Shown here piece after piece: positions 7,132 to 11,215 of a stretch of DNA of 11,215 nt (positions are counted from its first letter, which is position 1; the number at the start of each line of letters is the position of its first letter). This stretch comes from an uncultured Thermococci archaeon. Lineage in GTDB: Archaea; CAYQAE01; CAYVLA01. The position numbers were made by a program, and so were the translations under genes. The notes beneath the pieces are model-generated. The model searched no databases, was not told the DNA's origin, and saw nothing but the letters and a program-made list of their open reading frames with translations. Location of the stretch: NCBI GenBank assembly GCA_964549615.1, contig CAZJVP010000033.1, positions 1 to 11,215 of the forward strand, in the 5' to 3' direction.

Positions 7132-9024
7132 ATGCCTACCGTGGAGCATCGACGGCCTAGGAGGCCGTCGGGCGATGCGTCAAGAGCCGGAGGGTCGGTC
7201 TCGTCAAGGACGAACTTCGAGAACCTGGGCGTGCCCGTGAAGAGGGCAGGTTTCCGCGGATGCATCGTCGCCCCGGATAGGACGGGCAAGAAAGACCTGC
7301 TCTACTTCAACTTCAACCAAATCGGCGGCAGGCTTTTCCTTGTGGCGGTTGACCCCGACACGGGGGAGACCCAACAGTGGAACGCCCCAGAGGGACCCGG
7401 AGCATGGGGATTCCTCTACGGACCGGATGGGAAGATCTACCTGGGAACCTGGGACGGAGGCCTGATCCTGCGCTTCGATCCCCGAAACCCGGAGCAGGGA
7501 ATCAAGGTTCTGGGAAGGCCGTCGGAGACCGAGACCTACATCTGGATGTTCGCCGTGGGCGGCGACGGCAAGCTGTACGGCGGGACCTATGGCAATGCGA
7601 AGCTCGTCAGCTACGATCCCAAGACTGGGGAGATGAAGGATCTGGGACGCATGCATGAGACCCAGATGTACTCCCGCACGGTTGCGGCCGGAAGGGACGG
7701 AAGGATCTACATCGGGATAGGGACGGCGGAAGCCGACATCGTGGTCTATGACCCCTTCACCGGCCAGCACAGATCGATAGCTCCGCCCGATCTAAAGGCA
7801 GCTGCCAAGAACGCCTCAACCCAGGTAGGCAGCGACGGCCACGCCTACGCGCTGATCGCCGACCGGTGGTTCCGCTGCGAGGACTCAAAGCTCGTTCCCG
7901 TGCCGCGCTTCCCAGGTCCTCCCGACCAGCGCCTCAGGGACGGAAGAATCCTGCAGGAGGCAGGCGACGGGTATTACGTCTTGAGGTACCCCAACGGCGA
8001 GACAAGGAGGGTCGAGTTCCGCTACGCTGGAACCGGTTCCCAGATCTTCCACGTCGGGAATGGTCCGTTGGGGCGCGTCTACGGTAGCTCCGTCATGCCG
8101 CTTGAGCTATTCGAGTACGATCCGCAGACCAACGCGCTCAAGGATTTGGGAAACCCGACGCCGGTGAACGGCGAGATCTATTCCACGGCAGTCCTTGACG
8201 AGAAGCTCTACCTCTGCGCCTATCCGGGGTCCTGGCTTTCGGTTTACGACCCCTCAAAGCCATGGAACTACGGCACGTCCAAGGACTCCAACCCCAGGGG
8301 CATAGGCTATGCAGGCGACGGCCACCTCAGGCCGCGGGCGATGATCGTTGGGCCAGGGAAGCGCCTTTTCATAGGCAGCCACCCGCCCTACGGCGAGCAC
8401 GGGGGAGCTATGGCCGTCTACGACCCAATTTCGGAAAGCTTCGTTGAGAACTACCGAAACATCATCCCCAATCAGAGCATCGCCTCACTGGCGCACGACG
8501 AAACCAGGCAACTCGTCTTCGGAGGGAGCTCCACGGTCGGCGGCGGGGGGACGATCCCAATTGAGAAGGAGGCCCGCCTTTTTGCCTGGGACCCGGTGGC
8601 CAAGACGAAGGTGATCGAAACGGTCCCCATCGCCGGCGACACCTCGATAAGGGCCATCGTCGCCGTGGACGGCTCGATCTTTGCAGCCTCCAGCCCATCG
8701 AACAGCCTCTACAGGTACGACCCCGACGACGGGCGCGTGGAAGTCCTCGCAACGCTGCCCGATGCAGTTGTGGATCTCTCGCTTGGGCACAGGCTTGGCA
8801 TGATCTTCGGCCTCTGTGGCAGGTGGGTGTTCCAGGTCGATCCCGCGGCCGCTAAGGTGCGGATGCTGGACCAGTACTGGGAATCCATCTCGGCTGGCTT
8901 TGCCTTGAACGAGACTGGCATCTACTTTGGTAGCGGGGTCCAACTGGTGAGATACCGTCCAAGCTGGTGGAAGGCGGGGATGCCGCGAACTCGAGAAAAG
9001 CGGCGAGCCCGCAACGCCGAATGA
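7132..9024 (+). CDS. Large beta-propeller repeat protein of unknown function (probably two propellers)
   Basis: Recurrent blades about 45 aa apart: GPDGKIYLGT, GGDGKLYGGT, GRDGRIYIGI, GPLGRVYGSS, DEKLYLCAY, GPGKRLFIGS, DGSIFAAS, each followed by (Y/F/V)DP..G turns. Starts 4 nt after the oxidoreductase stop. No signal peptide; exact start uncertain. Confidence 0.8.
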   Translation: MPTVEHRRPRRPSGDASRAGGSVSSRTNFENLGVPVKRAGFRGCIVAPDRTGKKDLLYFNFNQIGGRLFLVAVDPDTGETQQWNAPEGPGAWGFLYGPDGKIYLGTWDGGLILRFDPRNPEQGIKVLGRPSETETYIWMFAVGGDGKLYGGTYGNAKLVSYDPKTGEMKDLGRMHETQMYSRTVAAGRDGRIYIGIGTAEADIVVYDPFTGQHRSIAPPDLKAAAKNASTQVGSDGHAYALIADRWFRCEDSKLVPVPRFPGPPDQRLRDGRILQEAGDGYYVLRYPNGETRRVEFRYAGTGSQIFHVGNGPLGRVYGSSVMPLELFEYDPQTNALKDLGNPTPVNGEIYSTAVLDEKLYLCAYPGSWLSVYDPSKPWNYGTSKDSNPRGIGYAGDGHLRPRAMIVGPGKRLFIGSHPPYGEHGGAMAVYDPISESFVENYRNIIPNQSIASLAHDETRQLVFGGSSTVGGGGTIPIEKEARLFAWDPVAKTKVIETVPIAGDTSIRAIVAVDGSIFAASSPSNSLYRYDPDDGRVEVLATLPDAVVDLSLGHRLGMIFGLCGRWVFQVDPAAAKVRMLDQYWESISAGFALNETGIYFGSGVQLVRYRPSWWKAGMPRTREKRRARNAE

Positions 9025-9042
9025 CCGGGACCGGGGAGGCCG

Positions 9043-9060
9043 AAAAGAGAAAAGGAGAGG
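9043..9060 (-). terminator. Possible oligo-T/pyrimidine-tract terminator
   Basis: Minus strand reads CCTCTCCTTTTCTCTTTT a few nt after the TAG of the secreted-protein gene, with no strong preceding hairpin, as in archaeal terminators. Confidence 0.4.
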
Positions 9061-9064
9061 GGGC

Positions 9065-9526
9065 CTACTCCGCCTCCGAAGCTGCGACCGCGGAACACAC
9101 CCCTCTCAGAACCAATTTGTACGTCTTCCCATCCAGTCTGAGCTCGCCGATGAAGACCCTGCTCTCGCCAACGCGCCTGCCTTTGAACACTCCGACCCTC
9201 ATGCCGTCCAGGGTCAGCGCTCCACTCCATGAGCCGTCAGCCTTCTTGCGAGCCACCATCGCATAGGTGGTCTCCCCGATCGTCATAGTTCCCCTGGCTC
9301 TGTTGCAGCAAACGAATGCCTCCCCCGAAACCTTCAGAGTTCGACACTTGGACTCATCCGTTCCGCAGTTTTCCCTGAGAATCGCTTTGCCCACGAAGCG
9401 GATCCGGATCCCCTTCACCGCCTCCGCGGTCGGCCGTGCGTCGTCCGTCTCCTGCCCCAAGGCGAGGGCCGCGGCGCTCAACACCGCCAAGGCCACCACA
9501 GACAAGGCAACGAGCTTCCTCTTCAA
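9065..9526 (-). CDS. Secreted hypothetical protein (Sec-type signal peptide, predicted all-beta, 5 Cys)
   Basis: GGAGGTG followed 5 nt later by TTG 9526 gives MKRKLVALSVVALAVLSAAALALG-QETDD (basic n-region, hydrophobic h-region, ALA/ALG cleavage). The mature part has alternating beta-strand patterns with G/DG turns. GTG 9532 in the ORF track overlaps the SD. Confidence 0.75.
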   Translation of the reverse strand: MKRKLVALSVVALAVLSAAALALGQETDDARPTAEAVKGIRIRFVGKAILRENCGTDESKCRTLKVSGEAFVCCNRARGTMTIGETTYAMVARKKADGSWSGALTLDGMRVGVFKGRRVGESRVFIGELRLDGKTYKLVLRGVCSAVAASEAE

Positions 9527-9531
9527 GGTCA

Positions 9532-9538
9532 CACCTCC
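9532..9538 (-). promoter_or_regulatory. Shine-Dalgarno GGAGGTG
   Basis: Plus strand CACCTCC at 9532-9538; 5-nt spacer to TTG 9526. Confidence 0.7.
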
Positions 9539-9551
9539 TGCACGAATTGTG

Positions 9552-9602
9552 TGGAACGCTAGTTGTGTGTTGCTCGGGAATGTCGGAACGATTTGGAACG
9601 CA
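9552..9602. repeat. Short direct repeats GGAACG x3 (9553, 9585, 9595) plus GGAATG (9577); candidate operator
   Basis: Seen directly. TGGAACGC occurs at both 9552-9559 and 9594-9601. The repeats lie between a TTATAG box (minus strand, 9616-9611) and the SD. Confidence 0.45.
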
Positions 9603-10088
9603 CCAGCATCCTATAACATTCCTCAAGTCTGCAGGGTTGGACAAAATGCCGTCCAGAGGCCCTGCATCCGCCGATCACAACGTTGAGTGCCGAATCGTCC
9701 ACTGCTCAGCAGATGCTCGCACAGAGCAGCATATCTACCTCGCCTGCAATATGCTCGCGGTCGTGGCGGCAATGTCAGATCGGGCGTGCGCGATGGCCTG
9801 AAAGGAGAGACACCCAAGGACATGAACTGGAGCGAGGCCTCCCAGGGCGTCGCTTGGAGACGCCGTCAAAGCGGGCGAGCTGCTCGCCGTGGTTGAGATT
9901 GCCCACCGGCCAATTGCGGCTCCTTTGGCCGAACCCGCCTCAACAGATGAAAGTCGGTATCGGAAACCGAGGGTCGAAGCGCTGTCCCACCGAACTCCCC
10001 TGACGGCAGCATGCTGGTCCCGACGGGGATGGAGCGCTCGATTGGCAGCAGTTTGCGGCGAGCGGCCTCTCCCGCACGGAGCTGAGGG

Positions 10089-11177
10089 CTAGGAGAGCCA
10101 CCCACAGTATTTCTTCAACAGCGAGATGAATTGGCAATAGTTCTGGTAGCTAACATCCGGGGGAATCCCGTGGTCGCAGCACGGGATGTAGCCGCCGTCC
10201 TCAATAAGCTGGGGAACCTTCGACTCGAACTCCTTCTCCAATGCCCTTCCCCCCTTGGCGATCTTGGTCTTGTCTATGCCGCCAAGAAACGACATCTCAT
10301 GGCCAAGCTCCTCCCTCAATCTGAGTATGTCGTTTCCCGCCATGACCTCGATTGGCGTGGTAGAGTTGATCCCGGCCTCGACCCAAACTGGGGCGATGTC
10401 GTGGATGTAACCGTCGCAGTCCATCATGATGATGGGAACCCCGTGGCTCCTAAAGTGCCTCACCAGCCGCTTATACCCGGGCAGCATGAACTCCCTCATC
10501 ATCTTCGGGCCGATCATCGACCGCCCCTTGTAGGCCATGTCCTCGTTAAGGATTACGTAGTCGACGTCGACATCGGTCAGGGCCCTCTCCGTCGTTGAGA
10601 TGACAAACTCGGTCAGAAAGTCCATCATATCGTGCACCAGGTCGGGATCGCGGTAGAACATTATCGACAGGTTCTTGAGCCCCGTCCAGTCACGGACACC
10701 CCAGAAGAGGGAGGGCACCGTCATGTGAATCGGATACTCCCTGTTGCGGTAGGACCTTGCCTTGTCGTCCCAGAAGTCGGGATAGCGCGCGGGGCTTTTT
10801 GGATTGTACCTCCACTTCATCTCCTCGAAGTCTTCCCTGTTCTTCACAGGGAACTCATGCCACTTTCTCGTGACGAAGCCCGGCGTCGCGGGACTCTTCT
10901 CGTACTCGACAATCGCGCCCATCCTGTCCCGGATTATCTTGTGGTCGCCCAGCTCCCTCAACACCTCTTCCTTGTAGGCTGGCAGAGGCCCGCAGTTGAT
11001 CTGCAGCCCCTCGGTGTGCTCCAGCCCGTGGATTCGGATGTATGAGTCATCCTCGGGCAGCCCCTCCCGGTGCCACCTATCGATCGTAGATTGGCGGGGC
11101 CCGAAGTGTGTGGTCACGGTGACCCTGTCGGGCTTTCCGAAGAGCAAACATGCGAGCAGCCTCTGGCGGCCATTCAT
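10089..11177 (-). CDS. URO-D/methyltransferase-like TIM-barrel protein, paralog 2
   Basis: MNGRQRL...PDRV, FPVK.R, FY.DPDL...MMDF, EDMAYK..SMI.P....EF..P.YK, DCDG, GGIDK, GGYIPCCDHGIP. Colinear with paralog 1; no RQAGR motif. Confidence 0.88.
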   Translation of the reverse strand: MNGRQRLLACLLFGKPDRVTVTTHFGPRQSTIDRWHREGLPEDDSYIRIHGLEHTEGLQINCGPLPAYKEEVLRELGDHKIIRDRMGAIVEYEKSPATPGFVTRKWHEFPVKNREDFEEMKWRYNPKSPARYPDFWDDKARSYRNREYPIHMTVPSLFWGVRDWTGLKNLSIMFYRDPDLVHDMMDFLTEFVISTTERALTDVDVDYVILNEDMAYKGRSMIGPKMMREFMLPGYKRLVRHFRSHGVPIIMMDCDGYIHDIAPVWVEAGINSTTPIEVMAGNDILRLREELGHEMSFLGGIDKTKIAKGGRALEKEFESKVPQLIEDGGYIPCCDHGIPPDVSYQNYCQFISLLKKYCGWLS

Positions 11178-11215
11178 GCCCCCGGCAGGACTTGACAGGG
11201 CTTTTTACTTTGTCC

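Noticed and set aside
7132-7200. RRPRR near the propeller N-terminus as a Tat signal
   Set aside because: No FLK-like consensus and no following hydrophobic region.
9552-9602. GGAACG repeats as a mini-CRISPR array
   Set aside because: Repeats are only 6-8 bp with irregular spacing, and no cas genes are present.
9436-10137. Several 65-121 aa ORFs in the long spacer
   Set aside because: Mutually overlapping, no SD or motif support, composition like translated non-coding GC-rich DNA.
10131-11045. 155-aa and 137-aa plus-strand ORFs
   Set aside because: Antisense shadows of URO-D paralog 2.
11192-11197. TTGACA as a bacterial -35 element
   Set aside because: The matching -10 would lie at or beyond the window edge, and other promoters here look archaeal; cannot be supported.

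Overview
GC-rich prokaryotic window, most likely archaeal. That call is an inference from an archaeal-type endonuclease IV, a DUF5658-like membrane protein, short AT-rich boxes about 23-27 nt upstream of several start codons, and frequent AGG/ATA codons. From left to right it holds: the 3' end of an amidohydrolase-like gene; a head-to-head base-excision-repair pair (endonuclease IV-like and family-4 uracil-DNA glycosylase) sharing one palindromic TATA-like box; an L-fuculokinase-like FGGY kinase followed by an LLM/F420-type oxidoreductase (minus strand); a small membrane protein; a URO-D-like / Gfo-Idh-MocA / large beta-propeller cluster; a secreted all-beta orphan with its own regulatory region; a ~550-bp hairpin-rich spacer; and a second URO-D-like paralog. 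I saw no CRISPR array, tRNA/rRNA or mobile element. The best leads are (i) the repair pair, in which both enzymes carry substitutions at normally conserved active-site positions, and (ii) an uncharacterised, possibly carbohydrate-related module built from non-canonical URO-D paralogs, an EKP-to-TKP oxidoreductase and a beta-propeller. All family assignments come from motif recognition by eye, not database searches.
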